Source: a virus
Length of the DNA: 64,000 nt
Strand: one strand, 5' to 3'
IMG/VR virus record: IMGVR_UViG_3300021962_000025
Span: 119,759-183,758 of that record
The notes under the pieces were generated by a model, which was given only the letters and a program-made list of their open reading frames with translations, ran no database searches and had not been told where the DNA came from. The position numbers and the translations under genes are program-made. Positions 1 through 15,200 of this stretch are shown here, piece by piece; position 1 is the first letter of the stretch, and the number at the start of each line of letters is the position of its first letter.

Positions 1-87
1 GAAATGAATCTAAGACTTGGTGAAATCGATAACATAGGAGAATTAGATATCTATGGTAACGGATTTTTTCAAGTTAAAAAACAATAG
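1..87 (+). CDS. 3' end of an upstream gene (partial; EMNLRLGEIDNIGELDIYGNGFFQVKKQ*)
   Basis: Frame 1 is open from the window start to TAG at 85-87, followed by the late motif and the next ATG. Confidence 0.6.
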   Translation, partial: EMNLRLGEIDNIGELDIYGNGFFQVKKQ

Positions 88-92
88 AATAA

Positions 93-100
93 TATTTATT
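93..100 (+). promoter_or_regulatory. putative late promoter element (TATTTATT variant)
   Basis: Same motif class recurs shortly upstream of most structural genes. Confidence 0.45.
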
Positions 101-112
101 AATTAAAAGAAT

Positions 113-1030
113 ATGGCAATAGGAAGTTATGGTACTGTAAGACCTTCAGATGTTTCACCTTCAGACGTGGAAATCTTCTTTCACTATGTGACAGGGAGGA
201 CTTCTAACGCTCCGGTGCAGTTTAAAAAATTAGATTCGGAAGATATTTTGACACCCGTATATCATAATTCATTTACTACGAATGCTGCTTCGGCGGTAGA
301 TACTGAGATTTTAGGTGGTTTATACAACCTAAGGTTAGATTCGGACGATTTTGATGAGTTGGGGATTTACACTCTCCACATTAGACCTAAACAGATAAGA
401 ACCTCAATCACTGATTGTGGGATTTTAGCATCTCTATCATCTGTCAGAGGGATTATTATTGATTTAAGTAATGTCCCCTCGGATGACAGAAATAAATTTA
501 CACCCCAAGGATTGGTGGGATATAGAATAGAATATTTGAATAGTGATGGTAGTAAAATACCAAACTTTTACAGAATGGTTACGTCCTCATTCTACTGTAA
601 TCCAATCGCATCTAATTTAACTAGTACAACACAAAAAGCCATTAGATATCAGTACACGGATCAAGCAACTAATTTATTGTTTCTTACTGTGACCCCGTCA
701 TCGGCACCAACCAATAAACCAAACACAGTTCCTTTTATTGGTGAACCATCACAAAACATCATTTTAACTAATACCTTCTTCAATCCAACAACAATTGAAA
801 TTGAAATGGTTGAACATGATGACACCACATTGGCATACGCACTTTATGGTAATCAAAGTAAATCCGTCTCTGATGGTATTTACACAATTTACACTGCGGA
901 TAACAATATATACAAACAGTTTAACCTGTTTGAAATCAAAGATGAGTTCAACGAAACACTTTACGAAATACGTGAAGAAAGGGACGAAATTGATGATACT
1001 AAAAACTTTGATGATATCACTGAATTATAA
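113..1030 (+). CDS. hypothetical protein, probably structural (baseplate region), 305 aa
   Basis: Long ORF coupled (TAATG) to the wedge-like gene; no recognised catalytic motif. Confidence 0.6.
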   Translation: MAIGSYGTVRPSDVSPSDVEIFFHYVTGRTSNAPVQFKKLDSEDILTPVYHNSFTTNAASAVDTEILGGLYNLRLDSDDFDELGIYTLHIRPKQIRTSITDCGILASLSSVRGIIIDLSNVPSDDRNKFTPQGLVGYRIEYLNSDGSKIPNFYRMVTSSFYCNPIASNLTSTTQKAIRYQYTDQATNLLFLTVTPSSAPTNKPNTVPFIGEPSQNIILTNTFFNPTTIEIEMVEHDDTTLAYALYGNQSKSVSDGIYTIYTADNNIYKQFNLFEIKDEFNETLYEIREERDEIDDTKNFDDITEL

Positions 1031-4000
1031 TGGCGAAAAGAAAAGTTCCAAGTCAAGCGGCAAGTGGAAGGGAAACCTTTAACGACAACTTGATCGGTAA
1101 CCAAATTACCGATGGGTCTAGCCAATTTACTGCTACGAACTTTTCAGTTGAAAAAACCATTCCTCAGAGAGATAGTAAAACTTTTAAATCAGTACCATTT
1201 TCTGAGTTTCTTACCTTAGAAGATCTTGGGGAAGAAACTAAGGCACCGACAACATCATCACCAACCACCAGTAAAAAAGATAATAAAGTAAAGTTTAGGG
1301 ATTCTAAACAAGATGGTGGAAAATCACTTTATGGATCTCTTAAAGAGAGATTATCGGTATCCGTACAAAGAATTGTAAGGAAGTTCCCTGCGGGGTTCTA
1401 TGTTGATGGAGACACCCCTGTGGCATCCACCATCTACACCGCTGAAAACATTTCATACAATCAAAGAACTAACGTTACAACGTTTGAGTTTGAAAAGTCA
1501 AAAATATTCAATCCACTTGAGGTTGTTTTCACTAAACCTAAGAGTAATACTCAACCAACAGTTGACAACGAGTTTAAAAATTTCTTTTCAAACTATTCAA
1601 AATATGCTTTATCGTTAAATAATAAAACTTATAATGTTTTAAGTTTTACTGACGATACCTCCACAATTACTTTAGAGGTTAGTGGTAGACCATTTACCTC
1701 ATCAACATACAGTGAAAGTTTTTTAATAAGACCTGTTGATTCTATTGTCGAGGAATTTTTTACAAATCTAGATGATTTAGAGTCTGTTTTACTTAATAGG
1801 GAAACTAGTCCAATTTATACTGCTAGTTTTAAGGTACCACAGAATTCTTTAGATGGGTCTAGAACTGAATTAACCACTGTTAAACTTAAGTGGCCACTTT
1901 TTAAGGATGGGTGGAACATAAAGATAACAGGGTTAGAATACTCTAATTACCTCACCAGGCTTAAGGACATTGGGGAGGAAATAGATAACTATAAATCTAA
2001 TTTGGTTGTCAGGTTCCTAACAACCGCATCCCTTAACGAATTCGATACCGAAGACAAAAGGATGGGTTCGGTTTTACAACTGTACGGTACATCCTTTGAT
2101 CAGGTAAAAAAATTCATTGATAATGTGGCTTACATGAGAAATGTAAGTTATGATGGGATTAAAAACGTACCGGACATTTTATTAAAAAATCTATCTAACA
2201 CTTTAGGATTAGATTCGGTAAATCTATTTGATGAAAAATCATTAGAGGACACACTTTATAATAGAATAGAAAGTCAATATGGTGGTGTAGGTCTCGGTAT
2301 GAACATGGTTGAGGCCGAAACAGAATTCTATAGAAGATTAGTAATAAACTTAGTTCATATCTATAAATCTAAAGGAACTAGAAAGGCGTTAGAATTCTTT
2401 CTGAGATTTATAGGGGCACCCGAACCTTTAATTAAAATAAACGAACATGTTTATAGGTTTGATGATGTTAGAAAGGTGGATGAGGATATTGATTCGGATA
2501 TCTACGATTTAGTACAAGGAAATAAGACATTTAATGTTGCGGAACTATCCACAACAGGTTTCACATATTCAAACACAACAACCACAGGATCAACAATTTA
2601 CTCTGATTCTGAATATCCAATTGTACTTACGGGTGTTACAAAATATGGTGACGTAAAACCAATTGTAAGTGAGGATAATGATGTGTTTTTCCAAAAAGGT
2701 GCGGGTTGGTATGATATTACATTAGAACACAGATCTTCTTTAGAAATTGATACGGAAAGGTCTAATCTAACCAGTAACCCAAAAGTAATTAAGACGAAAA
2801 ATAAGGATTATACATATGGTGAGGAATACTTCACATTGTATAGACAATTTTATGGTTTAGATTATGGGTATGAATTACACAATACCGTCAATAACGAAAA
2901 GGCGGAATTATTGGGTGACACAGATAGTAAAACACTTAACAGAAAGAATATACAAATCTATCTTTCCTCTGCCCAAGCATTGGAGTATGATGTTTATAGA
3001 CAATCGAGAAAATTAAGGGTAACCTTTGGAACCAACACGATGAAACCTCAAACAGGTTTTACGTTTGCGGAATTTTTAGATCAAGTATTAAACGAACAAA
3101 TAAGGAATTCTCACACTGTTCGTTACCAAAAGTCCTATATCCAATTAGAAGATATATACACTAGTTACTTGGAGAAGGTTCCAAATCCTTATAGTAACCC
3201 AACGGTAAGTGAATTCATTAATAGAATGAGTCCATATTGGGTACAAGTAATTGAACAATTTGTGCCTGCAACTACACTATGGACCGGTGGTAACATTATT
3301 GAGAATCATAAGTTAGGGAGGTCAAAATATGAATACATTAAACCTTGCCAAACAAATGAGTTTGTACAAAATGTCTTCCCCGAATTTGAAACCGCAATTG
3401 AGGAGGATTTAGAAACACTGATTTTAGGTGATAAGGATGTCTTTAGAGGTCTTACCATTCTTAGTGGTGTGACATATACCCTTTTCATTGAGTTAGAGGG
3501 CGAGATCTACCAAGGTGACGACTCTATAGTTTTAAGTGGAGAAACTCAAAACGTAAACTCTTTAGCTTGTGAAAATATTATCCAATCACACACTCATGCG
3601 GGTTTATTTGAACCTTTTAATATCACATCCGAATGTACATCAATAAACGATGTAGAGTTTAACGGGGTTCCATTTGATAAAACAAAACACCTCCCATTAC
3701 TTTGTGATTTTAAATGTCATTTAGAACCACAGAGAGAGATATTAGATTGTTTATGGATTGAAGAATTAAAAGATATTATCGATAATCAAATCAATACCAA
3801 ATACTATAAAAGAACACTTTATAGTGGGGGTGAAACCATAAATAATCACGCGGGATGGGTGGACTATCAAGTAAGTGGTAACACAACCTTAGAAGGTAAT
3901 TACTTAGGTGAATTAACAACAAATTCGGAAATCTATGGGTATGAGATAGCACCTATTATCTCCTACGAGATTTTCACAGATACTGATGGTGTTAAAAAGA

Positions 4001-7000
4001 TAAGTGTTACCCCATTTAAGTACGATACACCACTATACATCCATACCCCAAACAGTAAAGATGAATATACACTTGTAGAAATTGAGTGTATCGACCCATC
4101 AACATTTGATTTTTATTGGGCTGCGGAATACCTAACAGGTAGTACGGAATGCAATCCTCAGGTTGAGGTTACGGGTACCGGAGAAATGTTCGTTTTACCT
4201 GAAGATACAGATCACTGTGTTTTAAGTTCGGACATTTACTTAGAGATTTCGGGAATTACATTCGGAAATGAGGATACTGTAGATAATGGTGATCCATGTG
4301 ACGATTGTCCCGCATTCAATACTGAGTGGCCCGTTAACATATTTTTAAATTGTGTTGGTGGATATAATGAATCAATCACTGGTTATACTGTTCAACACGT
4401 GTCGGGATGTACGTTTGTAATTAAAGACGTAAAAGAGACCGATGTTTTTGATGTGATCATCACTGACGGTGCGAACTGTGATCAAAAAATAAGGATAGAG
4501 GGTCTACAACAAAAATTAGAATGGGACCCAACAGGAAAAAGTCATTATTTTAACTATTCTGTCGATACATTCTTACCTAATGACATTTATACTCCAATAG
4601 AGAGTCAAAGTGGTATAACTTATTGTGATAACTACTTAGGATACACTCTACACCCAAAAGTACAATATAGACCAACGTTTGATTATGGTTTAAGACAAGG
4701 GAGTTATGTTTTAAAAATTGATAACAACTTCACAGAGGACTTTAATACGTTTACGTGGAGAGATATTAACGAACATCTCGGACATGGCCATATCAGTAGA
4801 GTAAAGATTGAAGATATCGTTATTGGTGATAAAGTATTATCCGCAACATATAAAGATTGTCCTTATAGTTCACAAGACTTCTTTAATTCTCCTATTGAAG
4901 GTTACGGATTCTCAATGGAATACCAAGTTCTCTTAGTTGAAAATAAAGATTGTTTAGGTTCCATAAAAGTTAATAGAATCAATGATAGGTTTAGTGTATT
5001 ACCCAATAGTAAACTCAGAGTTTTAACAAACGATTCAGGACGTTTTGAATTCACAGAAAAATATCCTGAACAACTAACTGTTAGACCTGAGGAGGACGTT
5101 ACGCCATGTTGTAGTCATGACGTGACTTATCATGAAAATGGTGACTACATGATCAATGAGTTCGGTTTCCCCGTGGAAGTCCTTTCATTGGATTTGGATT
5201 ATTGTGATAGGGACATATATTATCATTTAAACGTAAGTACTGTTGGTAAAATAGATCAGACAGGTTGTGGTAATGTTGTTATTTTCAACGGAGACATCAA
5301 TGACTCCGTCTTATTAGAACATATTGAACAGAAGTTTAATACTTTAGATTTAAAAACACAACAATACTTCCAAGACAATCTAGATTGTGAGGACATACCA
5401 AGTATTGATGAATTGGAAAGACCTGTTTATACAATTGATTGTGAAGAGGTTAATGCGTTTAAGGTTCAAAACTTTATTACGGGTGACATTAAATATGTTA
5501 CATACAATCCTGATTTCTCAGTTGGTGATTATGTCGAATTAAGATTATTACCCGATGGACAAAGAAATAGAATCCAATTTATTAATTTGGATTGTTATGT
5601 TATTGTGGATCTGGCGAGTTATGGTAACATTACTTTTGAGATAAGTAGATACTGTATCGGATCAACCAGACCACCTCAACCAACCCCAACACCATCATCT
5701 ACTCCTCATCCTACACTACCACCAACCCCAACACCTAGTCCATCACCTAGTGTGACTGCTAGCCCAACACCGAGTACAACAGCCAGTCCTACACCAAGTC
5801 CTAGTCCATCACCAAGTACAACTGCGGATCCTACACCAACTCCAAGCACAACTGCGGATCCTACTCCTACACCTAGTAGTTCACCGACACCTTCTGTGAC
5901 TCCAGATCCAACTGCGAGTCCGTCACCATCCCCTGCACCAACAAATACTCCAACCCCAGATCCAACATCTAGTTCAACTCCTGCACCTACAGGTACACCA
6001 ACACCTACCCCAACGGCGACAATTGATTGTAATTTCGATGCGGATTTTGACGAGTATTTTGAACCAACACCAACACCTACCTATACTCCTTCACCAACAC
6101 CGAGTACAACCGCTAGTCCTACTCCGTCTCCTTCACCGTCTCCTTCACCGTCTCCATCACCAAGCACAACCGCTAGTCCTACACCAAGTCCTAGCCCATC
6201 ACCAAGTACAACTGCGGATCCTACACCAACACCATCGCCATCGGTTACCGCTAATTGTGACTTTGGTGTGGATGTAGATATTGCCACCCCAACCCCAACT
6301 CCAAGTAATTCACCAACACCTTCTCCATCACCAAGTACAACTGCTAGTCCTACACCAACACCGAGTAGTACTCCGAACTGCGACTTCGGCGTAGATGTAG
6401 ATATTGCTACTCCAACACCAACACCTAGTCCATCGGCTACACCTAACTGCGACTTTGGTGTGGATGTAGATATTGCCACTCCGACACCAACACCATCTAA
6501 TAGTCCAACTCCAACACCTAGCCCATCGGTTACCGCTAATTGTGACTTTGGTGTAGATGTGGATATCGCAACACCTACTCCGAGTCCAAGCCAAACTAAT
6601 ACTCCAACACCAACACCATCACCAAGCCCATCACCTTCGGTAACTCCGAATTGTGATTTCGGTGTGGATGTGGATATTGCCACTCCGACACCAACACCAA
6701 GCAATTCACCTACACCTTCCGTAACTGCGAGTCCTACTCCATCACCATCTCCGAGTAGTTCTCCAACTCCATCACCTTCGGTAACTCCGAATTGTGACTT
6801 TGGTGTAGATGTAGATATTGCTACTCCGACACCTAGCCCAAGTCAAACTAATACTCCAACCCCATCACCATCACCATCACCAAGTACAACCGCTAGTCCT
6901 ACCCCAACCCCATCACCTTCGGTAACTCCGAATTGTGACTTTGGTATTATTGTAGACATCGCAACACCTACTCCTACACCATCTAATAGTCCAACACCAA

Positions 7001-9192
7001 GTACAACCGCTAGTCCTACTCCTACACCATCTAATAGTCCAACACCAAGTACAACCGCCAGTCCTACTCCAACACCTAGTAGTACACCTAACTGTGACTT
7101 CGGAATTATAGTGGATATTGCCACTCCAACCCCAAGCGCTACTAACACCCCAACCCCATCACCTAGCCCATCACCGTCATCAACTCAGGTACCAACAGAA
7201 ACGCCTCAACCAACGGCAACATTTACACCCACACCAACCCCATCACCTTCGGTAACTCCGAACTGTGACTTCGGAGTAGATGTGGATATTGCTACTCCAA
7301 CACCTACACCATCTAATAGCCCAACACCGAGTACAACCGCTAGTCCTACACCAAGTCCTAGCCCATCACCAAGTACAACCGCCAGTCCTACTCCAAGTCC
7401 TAGCCCATCACCAAGTCCTTCGGTAACTCCGAATTGTGATTTCGGTGTGATTGTAGATATCGCTACCCCAACACCTACACCTAGTAGTTCACCAACCCCA
7501 TCTCCATCACCAAGTACAACCGCTAGTCCTACACCAAGTCCAAGTCCGAGTCCTACCCCAAGTAGTACACCTAATTGTGATTTCGGTGTGATTGTAGATA
7601 TCGCAACACCTACCCCAACTCCAAGTAATTCACCTACACCTTCCGTGACTGCGAGTCCGACCCCATCACCGTCTCCATCACCAAGTCCTTCGGTAACTCC
7701 GAATTGTGATTTCGGTGTGATTGTAGATATCGCAACACCTACTCCTACACCATCTAATAGTCCTACACCAAGTCCTAGCCCATCTCCATCACCTAGCCCA
7801 TCTCCATCACCATCGGCTACACCTAATTGTGATTTCGGTGTGATTGTAGATATTGCTACTCCAACACCTACACCATCTAATAGTCCTACACCAAGTCCAA
7901 CCGCTAGTCCTACACCAAGTCCTAGCCCGTCGCCATCACCAAGTACAACCGCTAGTCCTACTCCAACACCGAGTAGCACCCCAAATTGTGATTTCGGAGT
8001 TATAGTGGATATCGCAACACCTACTCCTACACCATCTAATAGTCCAACACCATCACCTAGCCCATCGCCGTCTCCATCACCGAGCCCAACACCACCACCT
8101 ACCGCTAGTCCTACACCAAGTCCAACGGCTATTGATTGTCCACCTAACTGTGGCACCTCAATATACCAAAACATCTTTGTTAGTACAGGTACAACCGTTG
8201 CGGGTCTTGGAATCTATGAATTAGGTGGATGGTGTGCTGAAACACCGGGTGTGGATAGTCAGGGACAAGAGTGGTGGTACGATAGATACACATGTACTAT
8301 TTACACTCGAGAATATTCGGGAGGATCTAACACAACATGTATCGGTGAACAAGTAACACCTGTTGGTACTCAAGTTTCAAGTGTTACTCACTCAAACGGA
8401 ACACTAACCCCAACGGGATCTAACAAGTTGTATAACACAGGAATTAGATTCATTGATTCTAATAATAATGCGGTATTCATCGTAACCGAATGGCACTCAA
8501 CATTACTCGATTTGGTTTATGTCCATATTTTATGTGATTGTACGTTTGAGGCGATAGCTACAGAATACATTGAGGGTGAGATTGTAATTGATGAGAATAC
8601 TGAAATTAATATCTTCTTTGATTCATCAGGTTCAATGAATACAACGTTGTCACCCCTTCAAACAATGAGAAATACAATACTTAAAGATTGTTTGTTACCA
8701 TTCTATAATAATGATAGTACCAAATACGATGAAAATGTAACAATAATACAAAGTGGAACTGAAAGAACATTTAATTGGCTACAAACAACAGGTTCTACTA
8801 GTGGAACCACTAAGGTTATAAATTTAGTATTCACTGATGAGAATAGTCCTTACGATAATGGTTCGTTGATTTGGCAGACAAATAGAACGTCACAGTATGA
8901 CACTGATATGTCCGCATTAAGAAATGTATTGTCAACAACTCCTAACTCAGACTATTATAGAGGTGTAATATTTAGAGTTAATACGGGACCAAATAGTTAC
9001 GACTTCTTTAGACAGTTTTTAGTGGCGGTCATGAACGGTACATATCTATATAATGGAATAAATGGATTATCTGATAAGACAGAAATTGGTTTAGAGCAAA
9101 CTGTAATTGCGGGTTCAACGCCAACCTATTACGCTAATACTATAATAAATGCATTGAATAATTTGGGGTACAGTATCCCTAATTGTAACTAA
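1030..9192 (+). CDS. giant baseplate wedge-like protein (P2 gpI/T4 gp7-like N-terminal region) with Cys-rich middle, Pro/Thr/Ser repeat linker and C-terminal VWA domain, 2720 aa
   Basis: [10 protein letters not shown]...[29 protein letters not shown] resembles the gpI-type wedge motif; [11 protein letters not shown] is a VWA MIDAS DxSxS motif near the C-terminus. Confidence 0.65.
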   Translation: MAKRKVPSQAASGRETFNDNLIGNQITDGSSQFTATNFSVEKTIPQRDSKTFKSVPFSEFLTLEDLGEETKAPTTSSPTTSKKDNKVKFRDSKQDGGKSLYGSLKERLSVSVQRIVRKFPAGFYVDGDTPVASTIYTAENISYNQRTNVTTFEFEKSKIFNPLEVVFTKPKSNTQPTVDNEFKNFFSNYSKYALSLNNKTYNVLSFTDDTSTITLEVSGRPFTSSTYSESFLIRPVDSIVEEFFTNLDDLESVLLNRETSPIYTASFKVPQNSLDGSRTELTTVKLKWPLFKDGWNIKITGLEYSNYLTRLKDIGEEIDNYKSNLVVRFLTTASLNEFDTEDKRMGSVLQLYGTSFDQVKKFIDNVAYMRNVSYDGIKNVPDILLKNLSNTLGLDSVNLFDEKSLEDTLYNRIESQYGGVGLGMNMVEAETEFYRRLVINLVHIYKSKGTRKALEFFLRFIGAPEPLIKINEHVYRFDDVRKVDEDIDSDIYDLVQGNKTFNVAELSTTGFTYSNTTTTGSTIYSDSEYPIVLTGVTKYGDVKPIVSEDNDVFFQKGAGWYDITLEHRSSLEIDTERSNLTSNPKVIKTKNKDYTYGEEYFTLYRQFYGLDYGYELHNTVNNEKAELLGDTDSKTLNRKNIQIYLSSAQALEYDVYRQSRKLRVTFGTNTMKPQTGFTFAEFLDQVLNEQIRNSHTVRYQKSYIQLEDIYTSYLEKVPNPYSNPTVSEFINRMSPYWVQVIEQFVPATTLWTGGNIIENHKLGRSKYEYIKPCQTNEFVQNVFPEFETAIEEDLETLILGDKDVFRGLTILSGVTYTLFIELEGEIYQGDDSIVLSGETQNVNSLACENIIQSHTHAGLFEPFNITSECTSINDVEFNGVPFDKTKHLPLLCDFKCHLEPQREILDCLWIEELKDIIDNQINTKYYKRTLYSGGETINNHAGWVDYQVSGNTTLEGNYLGELTTNSEIYGYEIAPIISYEIFTDTDGVKKISVTPFKYDTPLYIHTPNSKDEYTLVEIECIDPSTFDFYWAAEYLTGSTECNPQVEVTGTGEMFVLPEDTDHCVLSSDIYLEISGITFGNEDTVDNGDPCDDCPAFNTEWPVNIFLNCVGGYNESITGYTVQHVSGCTFVIKDVKETDVFDVIITDGANCDQKIRIEGLQQKLEWDPTGKSHYFNYSVDTFLPNDIYTPIESQSGITYCDNYLGYTLHPKVQYRPTFDYGLRQGSYVLKIDNNFTEDFNTFTWRDINEHLGHGHISRVKIEDIVIGDKVLSATYKDCPYSSQDFFNSPIEGYGFSMEYQVLLVENKDCLGSIKVNRINDRFSVLPNSKLRVLTNDSGRFEFTEKYPEQLTVRPEEDVTPCCSHDVTYHENGDYMINEFGFPVEVLSLDLDYCDRDIYYHLNVSTVGKIDQTGCGNVVIFNGDINDSVLLEHIEQKFNTLDLKTQQYFQDNLDCEDIPSIDELERPVYTIDCEEVNAFKVQNFITGDIKYVTYNPDFSVGDYVELRLLPDGQRNRIQFINLDCYVIVDLASYGNITFEISRYCIGSTRPPQPTPTPSSTPHPTLPPTPTPSPSPSVTASPTPSTTASPTPSPSPSPSTTADPTPTPSTTADPTPTPSSSPTPSVTPDPTASPSPSPAPTNTPTPDPTSSSTPAPTGTPTPTPTATIDCNFDADFDEYFEPTPTPTYTPSPTPSTTASPTPSPSPSPSPSPSPSTTASPTPSPSPSPSTTADPTPTPSPSVTANCDFGVDVDIATPTPTPSNSPTPSPSPSTTASPTPTPSSTPNCDFGVDVDIATPTPTPSPSATPNCDFGVDVDIATPTPTPSNSPTPTPSPSVTANCDFGVDVDIATPTPSPSQTNTPTPTPSPSPSPSVTPNCDFGVDVDIATPTPTPSNSPTPSVTASPTPSPSPSSSPTPSPSVTPNCDFGVDVDIATPTPSPSQTNTPTPSPSPSPSTTASPTPTPSPSVTPNCDFGIIVDIATPTPTPSNSPTPSTTASPTPTPSNSPTPSTTASPTPTPSSTPNCDFGIIVDIATPTPSATNTPTPSPSPSPSSTQVPTETPQPTATFTPTPTPSPSVTPNCDFGVDVDIATPTPTPSNSPTPSTTASPTPSPSPSPSTTASPTPSPSPSPSPSVTPNCDFGVIVDIATPTPTPSSSPTPSPSPSTTASPTPSPSPSPTPSSTPNCDFGVIVDIATPTPTPSNSPTPSVTASPTPSPSPSPSPSVTPNCDFGVIVDIATPTPTPSNSPTPSPSPSPSPSPSPSPSATPNCDFGVIVDIATPTPTPSNSPTPSPTASPTPSPSPSPSPSTTASPTPTPSSTPNCDFGVIVDIATPTPTPSNSPTPSPSPSPSPSPSPTPPPTASPTPSPTAIDCPPNCGTSIYQNIFVSTGTTVAGLGIYELGGWCAETPGVDSQGQEWWYDRYTCTIYTREYSGGSNTTCIGEQVTPVGTQVSSVTHSNGTLTPTGSNKLYNTGIRFIDSNNNAVFIVTEWHSTLLDLVYVHILCDCTFEAIATEYIEGEIVIDENTEINIFFDSSGSMNTTLSPLQTMRNTILKDCLLPFYNNDSTKYDENVTIIQSGTERTFNWLQTTGSTSGTTKVINLVFTDENSPYDNGSLIWQTNRTSQYDTDMSALRNVLSTTPNSDYYRGVIFRVNTGPNSYDFFRQFLVAVMNGTYLYNGINGLSDKTEIGLEQTVIAGSTPTYYANTIINALNNLGYSIPNCN
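5671..8127 (+). repeat. in-frame Pro/Thr/Ser low-complexity array with 14 interspersed NCDFG(V/I)(D/I)VDIA motifs
   Basis: Counted in the translation; first motif at 6253, last at 7984; a diverged [12 protein letters not shown] lies just before them. Confidence 0.95.
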
Positions 9193-9234
9193 AAATGGAT
9201 ACATAAAACGAGATAAAAAGTATATATTTTAATA

Positions 9235-12200
9235 ATGGCTAGAATATTCGACATATTAATTACTTCAGGGACTTCACACAGTCTCTATACCATCTATTAC
9301 GACCAGGTAAATCCATCGAATATTGCCACAAGAGTTAGTACGTCATTACCTGCAACAGGGGTCACATACAGTGATTTAATTTTAAGTCCTGGTGTTAGGG
9401 TTGAAGTACCTGACACTGCGGTATCTGTTTTATTATATAATGAATCCTGTGTAATTGACGACACAATCCTTCTACCAACCCCAAGACCAACTGCAACACC
9501 ATCACCAACTCCTAATCCAACCCCAACACCAAGTAGTACACCTGCACCAACTCCAAGCCCATCACCTAGCCCATCACCTAGCCCATCACCGAGTCCAAGC
9601 CCGACACCATCACCTAGCCCATCACCGAGTCCAAGCCCGACACCAAGCCCAACACCTAATTGTGATTTCGGAGTTATAGTGGATATTGCCACTCCAACCC
9701 CGACTCCATCCCCAAGTCCAACACCATCACCTAGCCCATCACCCAGCCCATCACCATCACCATCCCCGAGTCCGACACCAACACCGAGTACAACCGCTAG
9801 TCCTACTCCTACACCGAGTACAACTGCCAGTCCTACTCCATCACCATCCCCTAGCCCAACACCAAGCCCAACACCTAATTGTGATTTTGGTGTAGATGTT
9901 ACTATTAATGAAAGGCCAGTTATTGAGAACACAATACTTACACAAACCGAGGGAACCGCGACAGGTAGTACTATTGGTACTCTAACCGCATTGGACCCAC
10001 AGGGAGGCCCATTAACATGGCAATTATATGATAATACGACTTATCCCGATAACACATCGTTCACATTATCGAGTAGTGGGGATTTAAAGAACGCTGTCGT
10101 ATTTGATTATGAAACAAAAAATCAATATACCATTAATGCTCAAGTTACCGATTCTGGAGGATTAACTGACGAAAACTCATACATCGTTTCCGTGGGTAAC
10201 TTAAACGAAACACCATACGGTTTAACATTATCAAACAACACAATTAATGAAAATTCTGTCACAGGTACCACTATTGGTACATTCATAGGTTTAGACCATG
10301 ATGCTGGCGAAACGTTTACATACGCATTCACAGGTACAGGAAATGACAACTCATCGTTTACATTAACATCGGTATCTCAAACTGCGGCGGTTCTTAAAAG
10401 TGGTGTAGTCTTTAACTATGAAGTAAAGAATTCATATACAATACAAGTAACCGTAACAGATAGTGGAAATAATACATACACCGATACATTTACTATTAAC
10501 GTTAATAACGTAAACGAGGCACCAACCTCGATAAGTTTAAGTTCAAATACTTTAGCGGAAAACAGTGCTTCGGGAACCACTATTGGTACTTTTAGTGCGG
10601 GTGATCCTGACGCGGGATCGACATTTACTTACACATTAGTAACGGGAACGGGTGATACAGATAATGATTCTTTCTCTTTAACCGCTGCGGGTGTACTTAA
10701 ATCTAAATTCATCCCCGATTATGAAACAAAAAATTCTTACTCGATAAGAGTTAGGGTTACCGATCAAGGTGGATTAACTAGAGACGGTGTTTTCACAATT
10801 TCTATAACTAACGTTAATGAAGGTCCTTATGGTCTAACATTAGATAGTAATACGATAAATGAAAATAGTTCAACAGGAACAACAATTGGAACATTTACAG
10901 GATTAGATTATGACAATCCTGAAACCTTAACATACACATTGATAGATGGTGGAGAGGGTTCCGATGAAACTCATTTTACCTTGACAACTGCGGGTGTATT
11001 GAAAAATGCCTCAGTGTTTAATCATGAAGTTAAAAGTTCATACGTCATTACTGTTAGGGTTACCGATTTAGGTGGGTTATTCCATGAGAATGATTTTACC
11101 ATAACTGTCTTAGATGTAAACGAAGCCCCGACAGCAATAGCATTAAGTAATAATAGTGTTGCGGAAAATTCTGCCACAGGAACTACGGTGGGAACATTCT
11201 CAACAACAGACGTTGATGATGGAGATACATTCACCTATAGTTTGGTGACGGGAACGGGAGATAGTGGAAATGGTAATTTCTACATTGATGGTAATAGATT
11301 AAAAACAAATGCGGTATTCGATAGGGAATCAACATCCTCTTACTCTATTAGGGTAAGAACAACAGATAGTGGTAACTTAACGTTTACAACGACATTTACT
11401 ATTAATGTTACTAACGTAAACGAAGCCCCATCAAACATTCAACCATCTTCAATAGGTTTTAATGAAAACAACTCTATTGGTGATACAGTAACGACGTTTA
11501 GTGTTACTGATCCTGATGTTGGTGACACCCACACATGGTTATTAGTGGCGGGTCTTGGGGACACAAATAACGATTCTTTCTCATTATCAACATCGGGAGT
11601 TCTTACCGCAGAGGAATCCTTCAACAAGGAGGTAAAAGATTCTTACTCAATTAGAGTACAAGCAACAGATGCGGGTGGACTAACAACGGTTAGGGTAATA
11701 CCAATTACAATTAACAACGTAAATGAGACACCAACTGATATTTCATTAAGTAATAGTAGTGTTGCTGAAAATAGTTCGACAGGAACAACTGTAGGTACGT
11801 TCAGTACCACAGACCCCGACGCATCTAACACTTTTACCTATACTTTAGTCACAGGAACTAGTTCTACAAATAACGCTAGTTTCTATATTGATGGGTCTAC
11901 ACTAAAAACAAACGAAGTATTTGACAGGGAAACAAAATCGTCTTATACAATTAGAGTAAGATCCACAGACCAAGGAGGTTTATATCGTGAAGAAGCGTAT
12001 ACAATTACAATTAACAACGTAAATGAGACACCAACCAACATAGGTTTAAGTAGTAGTTCTGTCTCTGAAAATGTTGCCACAGGAACCACTGTTGGAACAT
12101 TCACCACTACAGATGTTGATTCGGGAGATACTTTCACATATATATTAGTTGATGGTGTAAGTTCTGAAGATAACGGTAGTTTCTATATCAGTGGATCTTC

Positions 12201-15200
12201 GTTAAAAACAAACGAGGTGTTCAATTACGAAACTAAGTCGACATATAAAGTAAGGGTTAGAACAACGGATGCAGGTGGGTTATGGTTTGAAAAGGCATTA
12301 ACCATATCAGTGACAAACGTAAATGAGTCACCTACGGCGATTAGCCCAACTTCAGTCTCCTTTGCGGAAAATCAAGCAACGGGAACCACCGTTACCACGT
12401 TTAGTGTTACCGACCCCGATGCTTCTAACACTCACACATGGTCTCTTGTGGATGGTGTTGGTAGTGATGATAATGGTTCATTTGAATTAAGTGCGTCGGG
12501 TACATTAACATCTAAAGAAGTCTTTAATTTCGAGGTTAAAACATCATATAGGATAAGAGTGATGGTCACAGACCAAGGTGGTTTAACATTTGATAGACAA
12601 ATTAATATTAATATTACTAATGTTAATGAGACCCCTACCGACATAACATTATCGAGTAACAGTGTTGCGGAAAACAGTTCGACAGGGACAACTGTGGGTA
12701 CGTTCAGTACCACCGATCCCGATGCTTTAAATACGTTTACCTATACTTTGGTTACGGGGACTAGTTCTACAGACAACGCTAGTTTCTATATCAGTGGTTC
12801 TTCCTTAAAAACAAATGCAGTATTTAACTACGAGGTTAAAAATTCATACACAATTAGAGTAAGATCTACGGATCAGGGATCACTATGGGTTGAAGAACCA
12901 TTTACGATCAATATTACTAACGTAAATGAAACACCGACTAACATATCATTATCGAACTCATCCATAGATGAGAATTTACCTATTGGGTCAGTTGTTGGTA
13001 ACCTATCAACGACAGACCCCGACTCTTCTAATACATTCACTTACAGTTTAGTAACGGGTGTTGGGGATACGAACAATGATAGTTTTACTATCGTTGGGAA
13101 TCAAATAAAAAGTGCTCAAGTCTTCGACTATGAGACCAAATCGTCCTATAGTGTTAGGGTAAGATCGACCGATCAGGGTGGATTATGGTTTGAAAAAATT
13201 ATTACAATAACAATAACCAACATAACGATAAGTGGTACGTTGGAAATTGTAGATGCCGCATGTAATGGAGGTAAAGGTTCTATCACAGTTAGTACTCAGG
13301 AAGGTGGGGATTCCCCTTATCAGTACTCTAAAGATGGAACTAATTACCAAACATCAACTGTGTTTAGTGCCCTATCCGCGGGAACTTACACAATTTACAT
13401 TAAAGACTCAAACAATGAGGTAGGAACAGTATCAGGTACTATTAGTCAACCAACTGCAGTATCTGTTTCAGTTTCTTCATCGGCAAATCCAACATGTAAT
13501 GGTAGTACTGATGGTTCTATTACAGTAACATCTTCAGGTGGTACAGGTACTAAAACATATTCTAAAGATGGAACAAACTTCCAGTCATCGGGAACATTTA
13601 CAGGTTTAACAATCGGCACATACACAATTACTGCAAAAGACGCCAATGGATGTACGGGGACAGTAAGTAGAACTCTCTCTAGAACTGTCATTACTACCAC
13701 ATTAACTAAAGTTGATGTTACATGTAATGGTGCTGGCGATGGTAAGATAACTGTCGCACAACCTACGGGCGGTACAGGGAGCGGATACCAAGTTAAATTA
13801 GGTTTAGGGGGAACGTATGAAGAAGTAACCTTCCCATATCAATATACAAACTTAAGTAACGGAACATACCACATATATGTAAAAGATGATAATGGTTGCG
13901 AATACATGTTCACAACAGTAATCACTCAACCAAATGTTCTAGACGTTACTCAAAGTTCAAAAACTTATCCAACATGTCACAATAGTACAAACGGTTCAAT
14001 AACAGTAACTGGTAGTGGGGGAACAACTCCATACCAATACTCTAAGGATGGAACTAACTATCAAACATCTCCAACATTTAGTACATTATCACAAGGTTCT
14101 TATATAATAAGAATAAAAGATGCCAATAATTGTACGGATTCTGTAACTATTGATATTAGTAGAAACCCTGTTGCGGCAACTATATCACAAACAAATGCCC
14201 CATGTAACGGTCAAAGAGGATCTTTAACCGCATCATCACCTTCAGGCGGTACTGGTAGCGGATATGAAGTAAAATTAGACACCGGAGAATACCAATTATT
14301 CCCAATCGGTGGAAGTGTTGAGTTTAATGATTTATCGGTTGGTGCTCATAGTATAACAGTTAAAGATGATAATGGGTGTGAGACTGTTTATAACAGAACA
14401 ATCACACAACCCGCAGTACTATCTGCATCGACATCGTCTGAAAATAGTCCAACATGTGATGGTGGTAGTGACGGTTCAATTACATGGACAAGAACTGGAG
14501 GTACATCACCGTACACTTATACAGTGAATGGTAGTGCGATAACTAATTTGTCTCAAACAGGTTTAAGTGAAGGGACATATAATTTTATTGTAACTGATGC
14601 GAATGGGTGTACTGCATCAAAATCAGTGACATTATCTAAATCGGCCGTAACGGCAAGTATAAGTCAAACCAATATTACATGTAATGGTGGGTCAAACGGT
14701 AGTATCAGTCTTACTGCAATTTCAGGTGGAAATGGAGCAACCTATCAATACCAATGGCAGGGAGGGGCATGGACTGATTTCGCATTAGAGACGGTTACCT
14801 TTAATAATTTAGGTACCGGTACATATACTTTAAAAGTTAGAGATAGATCACAATGTACCGTCACTTACACTAGAACAATCACACAACCAACGGCGGTTGT
14901 TGCCTCGGCAAGTGTATCACACCCGACATGTTACAATGGTAGTGATGGTTCAGTAACATTAACGGCCACGGGAGGTACGGGAAGTAAGACGTTCTCGATC
15001 AATGGAACAAATTATTATACTTCGGGTACGTTTACTTCATTAGGAGTTGGAACCTATACAGGTTATGCTAAAGATAGTAATGGGTGTGTGGATACGGTTG
15101 GGTTTACGTTAACTAAATCAGCACCATCGGCAACCGTAAGTGTTAGTAATGCCCCATGTAATGGTCAAAGGGGAAGTATAACCGTTTCTAACCCAACAGG

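Noticed and set aside
6253-8016. CRISPR-like look of ~32-nt near-identical repeats with variable spacers
   Set aside because: Repeats are in frame and vary mainly at synonymous sites, spacers are low-complexity Pro/Thr/Ser codons of very uneven length, and no cas genes are present.
6081-9932. Long antisense ORFs rich in GVG/GDG (6081..6704, 6843..7148, 7206..8174, 9297..9932)
   Set aside because: They are shadows of the C/A-rich Pro/Thr/Ser codons on the + strand, which lack stops in reverse.
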